Positions 1 to 9,813 of a stretch of 60,412 nt of DNA are shown one piece after another. A program made the position numbers and the translations under genes. This stretch comes from Leptolyngbyaceae cyanobacterium (GTDB taxonomy: Bacteria; Cyanobacteriota; Cyanobacteriia; Phormidesmidales; Phormidesmidaceae): the NCBI GenBank assembly GCA_965263355.1, contig CBDHHL010000022.1, forward strand, positions 1 to 60,412. Direction: 5' to 3'. The notes beneath the pieces are model-generated. The model saw nothing but the letters and a program-made list of their open reading frames with translations, was not told the DNA's origin and made no database searches. Within the stretch, counting starts at the first letter, position 1; each line of letters begins with the position of its first letter.

Positions 1-122
1 TTTTGAGTGGAGGTTGTGTTGTTAAGATCGTTCCTCTAGAAAATCTCGCAGCTCAACGAGCAATGAGCTACTGGTACGTTAACGGCTCTGATATTGACTG
101 CACCGTAGTGATTTAAAAGCTT

Positions 123-197
123 AAAACCCGACCAGGCTGACGGTTAGTCGAGGCTAGCGGGCCATTATGTCTAACCACCATCTGAAAATCGGGCTTT
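123..197 (+). other. Structured hairpin motif, copy 1 of 4 (GCTAGCGGGCC core)
   Basis: Outer stem AAAACCCGA/TCGGGCTTT, inner stem GGTTAG/CTAACC, core GAGGCTAGCGGGCC, then ATCTGAAA. Related copies at ~1692-1749, 2222-2293 and 3183-3220. Confidence 0.55.
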
Positions 198-321
198 AGT
201 GACTCATGAAAGCGTTAAGTACTTTCAATCGTTATGTAGATTATAGCAGAACAACCAATTTTATGAATCAGTATATTAGAATTAGATAGCTTTATCGGAC
301 ACACCCTAAACTCTTCTAACC

Positions 322-1233
322 ATGGCTCAGTCTTCCACAAAGAGAACTTCTCAGACAAAAACAAAAATGGCTGAAACTCTTTCTAATAAAGAGGTTGGAA
401 GATATATAAGTGTCAAAAGTATAAAGTTACCTAAGAAACAGCCACGCCGTTCTTTTAATCCGACCAAGTTAAAGCAACTTACGGATTCCATTAAGAAACA
501 TGGGGTACTCGAGCCTTTGATCGTCCGTCCTGTGGGCAAGAACTATGAGTTAGTGGCTGGTGAGCGTCGTTTACGTGCCTCTAAGGACGCAGGGTTAACT
601 GAGGTCCCCATCGTCATCCGTGAATTGGACGAACAGCAGGCATTTGAATTAGCACTTTTAGAGAATTTGCAAAGGGATGATCTCAACCCTATTGATGAGA
701 CAGAGGGCATGCTAGAGCTTCTGTGCCAGTCGTTAGAGCTTGATCAAGAGGGTGTAATCAGTTTGTTAAACCAGGCTGCCAATGCAAAGCGCCGTGATCA
801 ACCCCTGACGGATAATGTTACGCGTCAGCTGGCCATTGTGGACGATATCTTTGCCACCGTGGGACGGCAAGGACGGGAAAGCTTTAGGACTAATCGGCTG
901 CCGCTGTTGAATTTGCCTGAGGATGTTCTAGAGATTTTGCGGGATGGTGAGCTGGAATATACCAAAGCCAAAGCCATCGCCAAGCTCGGCAGCAGTGAAG
1001 ACCGGATATCTTTGATGGAGCAAGCAATTGCGGAACGTTGGTCGCTGAGTGAAGTGAAGCGACAAGTGAAAAAGCTAATGCAAGGTGAGCAAACTCCTGC
1101 CCGAGAGTCGAAAGACTTGCAGAATGAGTTTCGGTCGATTGCTAAGGTTAAGTCTAGTGCTTGGACGGATAACGATAAACGTCAAAAGATAGAGTCGCTT
1201 CTGAATGAATTGAAGTTAGTTTTGGATGTTTAG
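322..1233 (+). CDS. parB: ParB/Spo0J-family partition protein
   Basis: N-terminal QPRRSF..L..L.DSIKKHGVLEPLIVRP..YELVAGERRLRA (GERRxRA motif), ALLENLQRDDLNPIDE, HTH-like middle region and C-terminal helix. Confidence 0.95.
   Translation: MAQSSTKRTSQTKTKMAETLSNKEVGRYISVKSIKLPKKQPRRSFNPTKLKQLTDSIKKHGVLEPLIVRPVGKNYELVAGERRLRASKDAGLTEVPIVIRELDEQQAFELALLENLQRDDLNPIDETEGMLELLCQSLELDQEGVISLLNQAANAKRRDQPLTDNVTRQLAIVDDIFATVGRQGRESFRTNRLPLLNLPEDVLEILRDGELEYTKAKAIAKLGSSEDRISLMEQAIAERWSLSEVKRQVKKLMQGEQTPARESKDLQNEFRSIAKVKSSAWTDNDKRQKIESLLNELKLVLDV
806..827. promoter_or_regulatory. Candidate parS palindrome inside parB
   Basis: TGACGGATAATGTTACGCGTCA; 18/22 identical to 2531-2552; both approximate the perfect palindrome TGACGGATAACGTTATCCGTCA. 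Confidence 0.55.
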
Positions 1234-1293
1234 TTTTTTACATGTTCTATATGTGTCACTGTCGAAAACTGTCACAGATTGTCGCAGATTCAT

Positions 1294-1546
1294 ACCTCAT
1301 TTCCTCATTAGGAAATGAGGTGATTGTCAGTTGCCTGATGGTTATCTTTATTTGCATAAGGTGCATTTGATGATAGCTATGGGTAAGAGCTACATGACCT
1401 TGTAGCTGATGATGCTTGATTTACTGCGTATTACATGAAAAAAAGTAGCCTTAGATACGTATCTAAGGTCATACGATACGGTTGTAAAAGAAAGAAGTGA
1501 TTTAATTAGCTTGTCTATATGAGTTCAGTAGTCAACACATATAGAC
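1294..1546. repeat. Cluster of inverted repeats downstream of parB
   Basis: 12-bp IR ACCTCATTTCCT/AGGAAATGAGGT (1294-1321), 7-bp IR at 1388-1407, perfect 20-bp palindrome CCTTAGATACGTATCTAAGG (1449-1468), 9-bp IR GTCTATATG/CATATAGAC (1513-1546). Confidence 0.8.
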
Positions 1547-2221
1547 TGAATTAGGTTGTTTTTTGACTACATTTGGTGTTTGATGACTTTGTCGATATGT
1601 GAGTGCTATGGGGCAAGATGTTAGCTAAGTCTATTTTATTGAATTATATATTTTTTAGAACAAACTAAAAAAACGTTTTGTTAACTATAATAGCGACATT
1701 GGGTTAGTTGAGCGCTAGCGGGCCACTAAACCATGTTGTTTATCTGAAAGCGTCTATGAAACGGCTGAAGCTAATGTTCAATAAGAAGCCATGGGTATTT
1801 GCCTTGGTACTCTTGTCGTCATGTTTTGTGTTTCTTCTGGAGCTGGGCGGGATGTTTGTCCCTGGATTCGTATCGAGTCTGGCGGTCGAATTTTTCTGTA
1901 TCGCCTTGCTTTGTAAGCTGAGCTAGATCTACTTAAAGATCGATCTCATTTAACGGTTAGGGAGTCTCTTGGTTCCTTGGCGAAAATTTTTGGTGCCTTG
2001 CTGTACGGGACTTCCGTGAGGTGAGGGGATAAGTCCTGTCTGCTTTTTTGTTGCGATAGGTCTCTGGAAGAGGCTGTTTTTCGTTACTAAGCAGGCAACA
2101 GTTTTTGCTGCTTAGTTTTAGTGCAAAATTTACTCTGAAAATATGAATATAAGTAATCACTATCAGCTTTTGCTCAGTGAATTATAGCCATCTCTGTAGT
2201 GTTTTCGTTTTCGAATAATGC

Positions 2222-2293
2222 AAAACCCGACTGAGTTGAGGGTGACAGAAGCTTGGCAGGCCGTCTTTCTAACCACTCATCTGGGCCGGGTTT
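2222..2293 (+). other. Structured hairpin motif, copy 3 of 4 (GCTTGGCAGGCC core)
   Basis: AAACCCG/CGGGTTT outer stem, TGAG..AGAA/TTCT..CTCA inner stem, core GAAGCTTGGCAGGCC. Confidence 0.55.
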
Positions 2294-2530
2294 GGAATGT
2301 GGCAAGTGCAGACACTTAAGTCTTACTTGCTCTTATCTAATATAGTCTATCAATCAGTATGAATAACTGATTTGTAAAATTATCAAAGATGGATTACTGG
2401 AATCTACAAGCGTCTGTTTATAGATAGATCAGGTGCTTTCACAAAAACTGTGAACATAACACTAAAAAAGTCTAAGATTACAGTCATCACAATAATCAAT
2501 CTGTAGATTTGGTATGAAGTCATTGATCGT

Positions 2531-2552
2531 TGACGGATGACGTTATACGTCA
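2531..2552. promoter_or_regulatory. Candidate parS palindrome, second copy
   Basis: TGACGGATGACGTTATACGTCA, 2 mismatches from the perfect palindrome; matches 806-827. Confidence 0.55.
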
Positions 2553-3432
2553 GCTTAAACGGATTTATGGCAAAGCTAAGTTTTTTGTGTCAGCTAAAGT
2601 TTCCGGTATTGAGTTCTTAGTGAGTGCTGTGTATTCACAATTTCATTGTGGATATGTACAAAAGTGTAGTGATTTGAAAATAGAGTGCATGCTTTTTTAG
2701 TTAAGTGAACTTAGCTTTGTACAAAAGTGGAAAGGCCTTTAGAGAGAAGATGTAGTAGGTCTGTAGAAAAGCAAATTGTTTTAATCAAAAGCCTTCGATA
2801 TTCTGTGATTGTTCGATAAACATCAGTGATTCGGCTTACTTTTTTCTCTTCTCTGAAGTTTTGATTTCTAAGCCTAAGGAATCTAAAAATAACGCTACCA
2901 AACTGTTAACTGAGTTAAAAATCGCCAATGCAATCTTGATTGACTCAACGTAAATCATCTGAATTGGTTCCTACTATTCTGAGTTGAGAGGGCTACACCA
3001 TACTTGTTCTATATTCGATGACAGCAATGAGAACACAGCGTATGTAGCTGTGTATCGACTAATTGAGGTGATTTTTGGGTTCCCCGGAATAACTTCACGT
3101 CGGTGCCATCTTATTTTTCGACATTCATATGTTTTCAGAGATCGATCTGCTCAGAATCGATTTTCTTTATTATGATGAAAACGAGGTATTGAAGCTTGGC
3201 AGGCCTAATCCTCTCTGAAAACAATTGGAATGTGATGTATGCGACGGTATTCAAAATTTGATAGAAAGAGGACTTTGCTTTTAGTAGGCTTGGGTTCTTT
3301 AGCCTTGATAGTTATGCTTTTAGAGCTTCAAGGCTCTAATATCCCTGGAGTCATTTCGAATCTAGCTGCTGATGTATTCGTAACTACGATTGTGTTTGTT
3401 TTGAGCTAGTAGTTACATTAAGGCGAGCCACA

Positions 3433-4055
3433 ATGCTCAATTGGGCATTCTGCAGGCGATGCATCTGTTTGTCGCCTGTGCGAGGCCTGATTCTTTATGC
3501 GTTAGCACTAGTAGCGATATCTGGTGTGGCAGTGGCCCAGCAGTCTCAATTTTTGCTGTCTACTTCTCCCCCAGAACAAGTATCACTGCCAAAAGAGAAT
3601 GACAGTTCCAGGCGTTTAACCATTAATGTTTCAATCAGTGACCCGGAAGACTTGAAGGTAAAGGAAGGCGACCAAGTAAAACCAGGGCAGCTGCTAGCTG
3701 ATCGGGGGCGAGAACGGAGACGATTAGAGGCCCAGACAAAGCAATTGAATTTAGCCATGCATCGGTTGGAGCAATCCAACATCACACTCGAAACCGGGAC
3801 CAGCTTAGCTATCAAAGTCAGTGGGCACAGTATGAACAGCGTTTGCGGGACCGTGATTATCAACTATCCCAAACGCAGCTGAAACTAGATGAAATCCAGA
3901 ATGCGATCGCAACCCTATCCGTTATCCGCAGTCCTTACGCAGTCCGCATCCGTCGTGTTAAGTGGTTGGGGCAAGGGACTGACAGCTTGCTTAGTGCTGA
4001 AATCACTCTTATGGTGCGGCCCAGCGATGGCAGAGGGTTTACCGTGCCTGAGTAG
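3433..4055 (+). pseudogene. Internally deleted, frameshifted HlyD-like membrane-fusion protein (paralog of 57738-58658)
   Basis: ORF 3433-3882 has ISDPEDLKVKEGDQV..LLADR and ORF 3843-4055 has LSVIRSPY..IRRVKWLGQ; these match the N- and C-termini of the intact paralog, with most of the coiled coil missing. Confidence 0.75.
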
Positions 4056-4683
4056 TCGACCGGCATGTTTGGCGGAGTTAACCGAGCTGGCGCTTGATCA
4101 GTCGTCGGAAGTTGAGGCGATCAGTGAGGAGCTGGTGTTTGCTCACGAGCGGCAGGAGTATGCAGAGGCACGGACCTGGATGCATCTGATGACGTTGGAC
4201 CCGTTGCGGTTGGTGCAAAATATCTTGGACGGTGGCGATGTGCAGCGGGATCGGATTGAGATCGCAACCCTTGAATTAGAAACCGTTCACCTGATCCGCC
4301 GATTAGAGGAGGTTGGTGATGATGTAGCCGGTGAGGTGGTGGACCTGGTGCTGGCGTATGAGCAGATGGTGCGTAGAAGTGAGCCTTTGGCCGCTCAGTT
4401 AGAAACGCAACGACAACGTCAGGCAGTCGAGGAAACGAAGTATCGCACGGGTCAGAGCAGTACGGATGCGATGTTGCGGGCGTGGCAGCGTACTGGGGAT
4501 CTAGAAGCGAGATGCGATGAACACCGGATCAATGGCCAGCAAGTGGTTAGGAAACTTGAGGTAATGACGGGGAGAGGTTCACATGAGTGGTTTATGCAGG
4601 GGCTATGTATAGATCAGTTGATGTTTCTACAGCCACCATCGGGTAGTGCGGTTTGGCTTGAAGACGATGCAGCAGCACAATAA
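3889..4683 (+). CDS. TolC-like coiled-coil protein (paralog of 58525-59610); start uncertain
   Basis: LPCLSSRPACLAELTELA matches LPCLDPTQACIGELQEMA of the paralog; same position downstream of a HlyD-like gene. Confidence 0.6.
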   Translation: MKSRMRSQPYPLSAVLTQSASVVLSGWGKGLTACLVLKSLLWCGPAMAEGLPCLSSRPACLAELTELALDQSSEVEAISEELVFAHERQEYAEARTWMHLMTLDPLRLVQNILDGGDVQRDRIEIATLELETVHLIRRLEEVGDDVAGEVVDLVLAYEQMVRRSEPLAAQLETQRQRQAVEETKYRTGQSSTDAMLRAWQRTGDLEARCDEHRINGQQVVRKLEVMTGRGSHEWFMQGLCIDQLMFLQPPSGSAVWLEDDAAAQ

Positions 4684-4716
4684 CAGGTGAACGAATCGGG
4701 CAATCTCAGGTAGTAC

Positions 4717-5331
4717 GTGCGCTTGAGGTGTTGGTTGGTGGTGAAAATTTGGCAGCGGAGAGGGTTTATTCCAGTAGTAATCGTGCTTGGTGTGGTTGCG
4801 TTGGCAGAGCCTCTCCTGTGGAGATTCGCACCCAAGCTATTCAACCAGCAGATTGAAGCAGCCATTGATTTTGCAACTGGTGCTCAAAACACCGAATGGT
4901 ATCAGGTGGTGGAAGGCTCTATCTACGATGGTGATACGCTGCGGGTTGAGCGTGGTGGTCAGGAGCTGAAAATCAGATTTTGCGGAACGGATTCGCCTGA
5001 GATAGAGCAGCCTGGGGGTGTTGAGGCGAGGGAGCATTTGCGATCGCTAGTCGCTCAAGGGGATGGGTCTATTGGTGTAGTCTCGATTGAGAAGGACCGC
5101 TACGGGCGAACAGTTGCGGATTTGTTTGTCATGGTTGGTGAGGAAGAAGAGATTCATCTGAACTCTCAAATGGTGATGGATGGCATGGCCTATCACTATG
5201 AGAAATATTCGGGCAGTTGCCCACAGCCAGAAGTCCTTGTGAAGGCTGAGGAGATAGCTAAGGAGCAGTCAGCCGGACTATGGCAAGATCCTAATACTGA
5301 GAAGCCTTGGGACTACCGCAAGCGTAACTGA
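4717..5331 (+). CDS. Thermonuclease (staphylococcal nuclease family), N-terminally anchored
   Basis: IYDGDTLRV, IRFCGTDSPE, KDRYGRTVA, LNSQMVMDGMAYHY, AK....GLW....PWDYRK. Confidence 0.92.
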   Translation: MRLRCWLVVKIWQRRGFIPVVIVLGVVALAEPLLWRFAPKLFNQQIEAAIDFATGAQNTEWYQVVEGSIYDGDTLRVERGGQELKIRFCGTDSPEIEQPGGVEAREHLRSLVAQGDGSIGVVSIEKDRYGRTVADLFVMVGEEEEIHLNSQMVMDGMAYHYEKYSGSCPQPEVLVKAEEIAKEQSAGLWQDPNTEKPWDYRKRN

Positions 5332-5411
5332 TATGCCTGAAATTGCCGATTGAGATCGCTTTTGCTTTCTTACGGTTCAGTACTTGCAAAGAATGTGAGC
5401 AATAACATGCA

Positions 5412-5627
5412 CTGGCACTGGTTCCGCGCAATAGGATTTCAGAATGCTTTTATAGAAAGGGATATGAGGATTCTCGACAAAATAAATATGGTGGAAATTT
5501 TGGCTTAAAATCGCTCAATACCCTGTTTTTTGGTTGAGAAGCCGTTTGATTGATCTGATCACCCAAAATCATAAACCCTTTATGTAGCAAGGGATTTCGG
5601 GCTCCCATCCAACGGAACCAGTGCCAG
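5412..5627. mobile_element. MITE/IS remnant with 15-bp terminal inverted repeats
   Basis: CTGGCACTGGTTCCG (5412-5426) and its exact reverse complement (5613-5627); no transposase inside, no clear target duplication. Confidence 0.6.
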
Positions 5628-5872
5628 CGGTTCAATCCACCCAAAAACGACATAGTGCGTTTCGAGTGGGCTTATCGGCATATCGTTGGGTTGGGATTGG
5701 GGATGTTGTTTTACATGAATTAGCCCTTGCTTTAATGAAACTTAGTCCCAATAAGCTTCCCGAATATCAACGTGGTGAAAGAGCTATGAGGCTCGCCATT
5801 TCTGGATTATAGCGGCTATGTTGCCCTCTCAGGAAAAATTGTCAACATGACATTGTAAGACGGCTCATTATC

Positions 5873-6373
5873 TTATTGAACTTGATCGTTTGTCATAGCT
5901 AAGAGTTTACGCAATAGCGCTATTAGCTTTGCAGTTTCAGTTTGCTTCAAACCATCTAACAGGCGATTTTCCTGCTCAAATAATTCCGGCATTACAGCAT
6001 CGACACATTTAAGCCCCTTATCGGTCAGTCGTACAATGACGCTTCGTCGATCATCAGGGTCCCGCAAGCGGGTGACCAAACCGTCCTTCTCCAGCCGATC
6101 AATTCGATTGGTCATCGCTCCTGATGACAGCATCAGTAGACTGTAAAGCTCGCTCGGTTTGAGCTGATATGGCGATCCTTGACGTCGAAGTGTGGCCAGC
6201 ATATCGAAAGACCAAAGATTGAGGTCAAAGCCAGCTAATACCATTTCCCGGTGTCGTTCTAGTAGACGAGCAAGCTGCAAGATACGACCAGTCACCGCTA
6301 AAGACGATAGGTCCAACTGCGGAGACTCATGCTGCCACTGGATCAAAATTTTGTCGATTTGGTCTTTTGTCAT
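5873..6373 (-). CDS. pecS: MarR-family regulator, PecS/UrtR type
   Basis: MTKDQIDKILIQW..PQLDLS...GRI, FDMLATLRRQG, LSSGAMTNRIDRLE..GLV.R..DP.DRRS; divergent from a PecM-like gene; start reassigned to the ATG at 6373. Confidence 0.85.
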   Translation of the reverse strand: MTKDQIDKILIQWQHESPQLDLSSLAVTGRILQLARLLERHREMVLAGFDLNLWSFDMLATLRRQGSPYQLKPSELYSLLMLSSGAMTNRIDRLEKDGLVTRLRDPDDRRSVIVRLTDKGLKCVDAVMPELFEQENRLLDGLKQTETAKLIALLRKLLAMTNDQVQ

Positions 6374-6383
6374 AGGTCTATTA

Positions 6384-6443
6384 TATCTCGACATCAAGAT
6401 ACTTGACAGTTGTCTTTGTGTTAAGTATCTTGATGTAAAGATA
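6384..6443. promoter_or_regulatory. Two PecS-type operator palindromes
   Basis: TATCTCGACATCAAGATA (6384-6401) and TATCTTGATGTAAAGATA (6426-6443) in the divergent intergenic region. Confidence 0.75.
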
Positions 6444-6509
6444 ACTTGTTCGCCCATAGTATCAAGAACTGCGGGTGAACAGCAGAGGCCTATTTGGGCA
6501 AAATACGCT

Positions 6510-6905
6510 ATGAAAATTAAACAACTTGACCACATTGGCATTCGAGTGATGGTTGTGGAACGCTCTTTAGGGTTTTATCAGGCTCTAGGATTCGCGGTCA
6601 TTCGTAAAGATGAAGAGGAACGGGTTTTTGTTGTTAAGCATCCCAGTGGTATTGAAATCAACTTGATTGCTAATGGCGATCTCGAACATCGACAGAAAAA
6701 CATTCTTATGGATGTCGATGAACGCTATGCAGGGTATACCCATTACGCAATTGCCGTGGCATCTGTTGGAGATGCTCAATCCTTTCTAGAGTCTTGCGAT
6801 ATACACATTACCGAAGGCCCTGTCACATTTGGAGATGGGAAAAGGTCAATTTTTGTTCGAGACCCAGACTTGAATGTTATCGAGTTTACTGAATTACCCG
6901 CGTAA
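6510..6905 (+). CDS. VOC/glyoxalase family protein
   Basis: LDHIGIRV....RSLGFYQALGF, YTHYAIAV, SIFVRDPDLNVIEF; start at ATG 6510. Confidence 0.9.
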   Translation: MKIKQLDHIGIRVMVVERSLGFYQALGFAVIRKDEEERVFVVKHPSGIEINLIANGDLEHRQKNILMDVDERYAGYTHYAIAVASVGDAQSFLESCDIHITEGPVTFGDGKRSIFVRDPDLNVIEFTELPA

Positions 6906-6936
6906 ATATCTGTCGTGGAATAATTAGAACATCATC

Positions 6937-7836
6937 ATGAAGACTTCAATTTTTCCCTTAGAAACTATATTCTCAACCGCTTTAGCTCCTGTTGCCTGGG
7001 GGACAACATATATTGTTGCAACAGAATTTTTGCCTCCTGGGCACCCCCTACTGGTTGCTGCCTTAAGATCCCTGCCTATCGGTATCTTGCTTACCCTTGC
7101 GCTAGGAAAATTTCCCCGTGGCATTTGGTGGTGGCGGATGCTGGTTCTAGGGGCGCTAAATATCGGTATTTTCCAAGCGATGTTATTTGTGGCGGCCTAT
7201 CGTTTACCCGGTGGTGTAGCTGCTACTGCTGGCGCGATTCAGCCTGTGTTAGTCGTCTTATTTGCCTGGTTGATTTTGCAAGAAAAACCTGCAAAGGGGA
7301 CTATTTTCATTGCACTTGCTGGGTTTATCGGTATTGGGATGCTGGTGCTCGGTCCATCTGCACGCTTAGATCCACTAGGCATTGTTGCAGCCTTGGCCGG
7401 AGCCGTATGCATGGGCTTGGGCACGGTGCTGGTCAAACGCTGGCGGCCCTCCGTTTCACTACTGGTATTTACGGCTTGGCAACTTACGGTAGGCGGTGCG
7501 TTGTTGCTGCCAATTGCCCTAGTGGTAGAAGGCCCGTTTGATACCTTCACTCCTACCCATCTACAGGGTCTGATATATCTGGGCACAGTAGGTACGGGAT
7601 TTGCCTACCTGCTGTGGTTTCGAGGCATTAGGCACATGTCTGCTACGGCTGTTTCTTACCTGGGGCTGCTCAGTCCGGTGACTGCCACGTTGTTGGGATT
7701 CTTCTGGCTCCATCAATCGCTCACCCCTATTCAAATCGTTGGTATTGCAATTATTTTCTCTAGCGTGTTGATGGGGCAAATGCTTACAAGATCTCAAACG
7801 AGTCAGTCATTTTCCCAAACAGCAAGCCTAAACTAG
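6937..7836 (+). CDS. pecM: EamA/DMT transporter, PecM-like
   Basis: TALAPVAWGTTYIVATEFLPPGHPLL, LFVAAYRLPGGVAAT, about 10 hydrophobic helices. Confidence 0.88.
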   Translation: MKTSIFPLETIFSTALAPVAWGTTYIVATEFLPPGHPLLVAALRSLPIGILLTLALGKFPRGIWWWRMLVLGALNIGIFQAMLFVAAYRLPGGVAATAGAIQPVLVVLFAWLILQEKPAKGTIFIALAGFIGIGMLVLGPSARLDPLGIVAALAGAVCMGLGTVLVKRWRPSVSLLVFTAWQLTVGGALLLPIALVVEGPFDTFTPTHLQGLIYLGTVGTGFAYLLWFRGIRHMSATAVSYLGLLSPVTATLLGFFWLHQSLTPIQIVGIAIIFSSVLMGQMLTRSQTSQSFSQTASLN

Positions 7837-7934
7837 GCGGCGCTCTTCATTGTTGAGTTTAGGCATTTCCGTTTTAGAGCGGTCTTCTCTGTACTTCGAG
7901 TCACAATCACCCTTTAGAAAATCTGGAAAATCCC

Positions 7935-8315
7935 ATGATTAATCAGTTACCGAACCTCAAGCTCAGCGGAACGAAATTTATTACCGAACTATATCAAACT
8001 GTCGATTCCCGAAGTGTTGAAGGACTTTCCCTATTCCTCGCAGATGACGTCAACTTTCAGTTTGCTAATGCGCCATGCCTCCAAGGCAAAGCCGCTGTCT
8101 TAGAGGCCAATGCTTCCTTCTTCAAAACCATTACAGCCATGGCCCACCAGATTGACAATGTCTGGAGTCATGGAGATGACGTCATGTGTAATGGGCAGGT
8201 GCATTACACCCGGTTAGATGGCAGTCACCTGACAGTTCCCTTTGCCACCATTCTCAAACTTCAATGTGAGCAAATTACCGATTATCTGATTTACGTTGAT
8301 ATTTCAGAGTTGTAG
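7935..8315 (+). CDS. SnoaL/NTF2-like protein
   Basis: FLADDVNFQFANAP...GKAAV, GQVHYTRLDG...VPFA, ITDYLIYVD. Confidence 0.85.
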   Translation: MINQLPNLKLSGTKFITELYQTVDSRSVEGLSLFLADDVNFQFANAPCLQGKAAVLEANASFFKTITAMAHQIDNVWSHGDDVMCNGQVHYTRLDGSHLTVPFATILKLQCEQITDYLIYVDISEL

Positions 8316-8473
8316 GAGAGCTGAGGCAAATCACGCCAGCCATGAACTTTTGAAAACGACTCACTCGCCCCCTTGTCTAGTGGCAACTAGGCTGGTGTTG
8401 GCGATTTGCCAAGTTGCAAGGGGACAGCTTGTCCAAAGCTGGGAAGAGATTCAGTCAGACGATTTCAATGTTT

Positions 8474-9064
8474 TCAACTTGACTGGCATAATCCGTCGAT
8501 GTGACGACGTAAAACAGCTTCCTGTTGACCAAAGCTGAGGGAATCAGCCTGAATTAGGCTATCTAGACTGATGCCATTGACCAATGCTAGCAGCACATTT
8601 GCTTCCTGCTCTGGATTAACATCTGAGCTGATTTCTCCTTGATTCTGAAGCGTAATCAGTTCCTGAATAATGACCTGTCGTAGCCCACCAGCACTCTGCC
8701 GATGATCTGCCATCAGCCCTTCACGCCCGACGGCGTAACCCAGGAAAGCGACCCACACGCGCAGGATTTCCTGTCGTTCTGTATCAACAGGCAAAAATGA
8801 GGACAGCATCGCCACTAAGCGATCACGGCCAGAAACATTAGCAACGGCGTGCTCCATCAGTTTTTGAAGTCTCTCCGCTACCTGATGCAGAGCAAATAGA
8901 ATCAACTCCTGCTTATTGCGAAAATAGTGGGTGACCACCCCGGTTGTACAGTCCATTTCATAGGCGATTGCCCGCATGCTGGTGCGATCAATCCCTTCTC
9001 GGACAATCACTCGCCAAGCCGCTTCTGACACTTCAAGACGTCGATCCGTTTGAATCATAGGCAT
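8474..9064 (-). CDS. TetR/BetI-family regulator
   Basis: AAWRVIVREGIDRTSMRAIA.E...TTGVVTHYFRNKQELI. Confidence 0.93.
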   Translation of the reverse strand: MPMIQTDRRLEVSEAAWRVIVREGIDRTSMRAIAYEMDCTTGVVTHYFRNKQELILFALHQVAERLQKLMEHAVANVSGRDRLVAMLSSFLPVDTERQEILRVWVAFLGYAVGREGLMADHRQSAGGLRQVIIQELITLQNQGEISSDVNPEQEANVLLALVNGISLDSLIQADSLSFGQQEAVLRRHIDGLCQSS

Positions 9065-9100
9065 TTACAAATCTCCATCGTAATGTGTTGACAGTATATC

Positions 9101-9138
9101 ATAACAGTTGTTATATTTACTGCATAACAACTGTTATG
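9101..9138. promoter_or_regulatory. Paired TetR operator palindromes
   Basis: ATAACAGTTGTTAT (9101-9114) and CATAACAACTGTTATG (9123-9138) between divergent genes. Confidence 0.75.
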
Positions 9139-9147
9139 AGGTTAATC

Positions 9148-9756
9148 ATGCAGTCTGAAGTATTTTATTCACAAGCCATTCCCCAGCCGCGTTCTGGCTG
9201 GCTGGGGCAATTGGATCGCTTTATTGGGCCGGGGGCGACACCTGCCGAGCTATTCCTACAGCTAGTACCATCCCTCGGCGCTGCAATAGCAGCACCACTC
9301 TATGCTTCTACACTGCCAATTGTCTGGAGCCCATGGCAGTTAGGACTGATCGCTATTTTAGGATTTGACCTAATGGGTGGTGTCTTAACCAACGCTACGG
9401 CAGCCGCTAAGCGCTGGTACCACCGTCCCGGTCAAGGATGGCGACAACATTTGGCTTTTGTGGCTGTGCACTTATTCCACATTGGCTTGGTCTCGATTTT
9501 ATTTCGAGATGGAGATGGTCTCTTTTTTGTGGGCGTCTCTAGTTGTTTGATGCTGGCGTCAGTACTGATTTTGGTAAGCCCGCTGTATCTGCAACGCCCG
9601 GTTGCTCTGGGGCTTTATGGGATGGCACTTTTGGGCAATAGCTATCTGTTTACCCCAACTCCAGGTTTGGAGTGGTTCCTGCCACTGTTTTTCTTGAAGC
9701 TATTGATCAGTCATTTGCTCAAGGAATCTGCCTACTGCCCTGGCGATATTCGATAG
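9148..9756 (+). CDS. Hypothetical integral membrane protein
   Basis: Multiple TM segments, DRFIGPGAT.AE and DL.GGV..NAT.AAKRWYHR; start placed after the operators. Confidence 0.75.
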   Translation: MQSEVFYSQAIPQPRSGWLGQLDRFIGPGATPAELFLQLVPSLGAAIAAPLYASTLPIVWSPWQLGLIAILGFDLMGGVLTNATAAAKRWYHRPGQGWRQHLAFVAVHLFHIGLVSILFRDGDGLFFVGVSSCLMLASVLILVSPLYLQRPVALGLYGMALLGNSYLFTPTPGLEWFLPLFFLKLLISHLLKESAYCPGDIR

Positions 9757-9813
9757 GGCAATGTGTTCATCTTTTCTATACAAAACTGAAATCTTCTTTT
9801 GGAGGTCAAGACC

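Noticed and set aside
1708..3175. Short ORFs 1708-1926, 1957-2160 and 2984-3175
   Set aside because: Non-ATG starts, no recognisable motifs, AT-rich context; probably spurious, though a small membrane peptide at 1708-1926 following the hairpin motif cannot be excluded
6192..6541. Long overlapping N-terminal extensions of the MarR and VOC ORFs
   Set aside because: They span the operator-containing intergenic region; family homology begins at 6373 (minus) and 6510 (plus)
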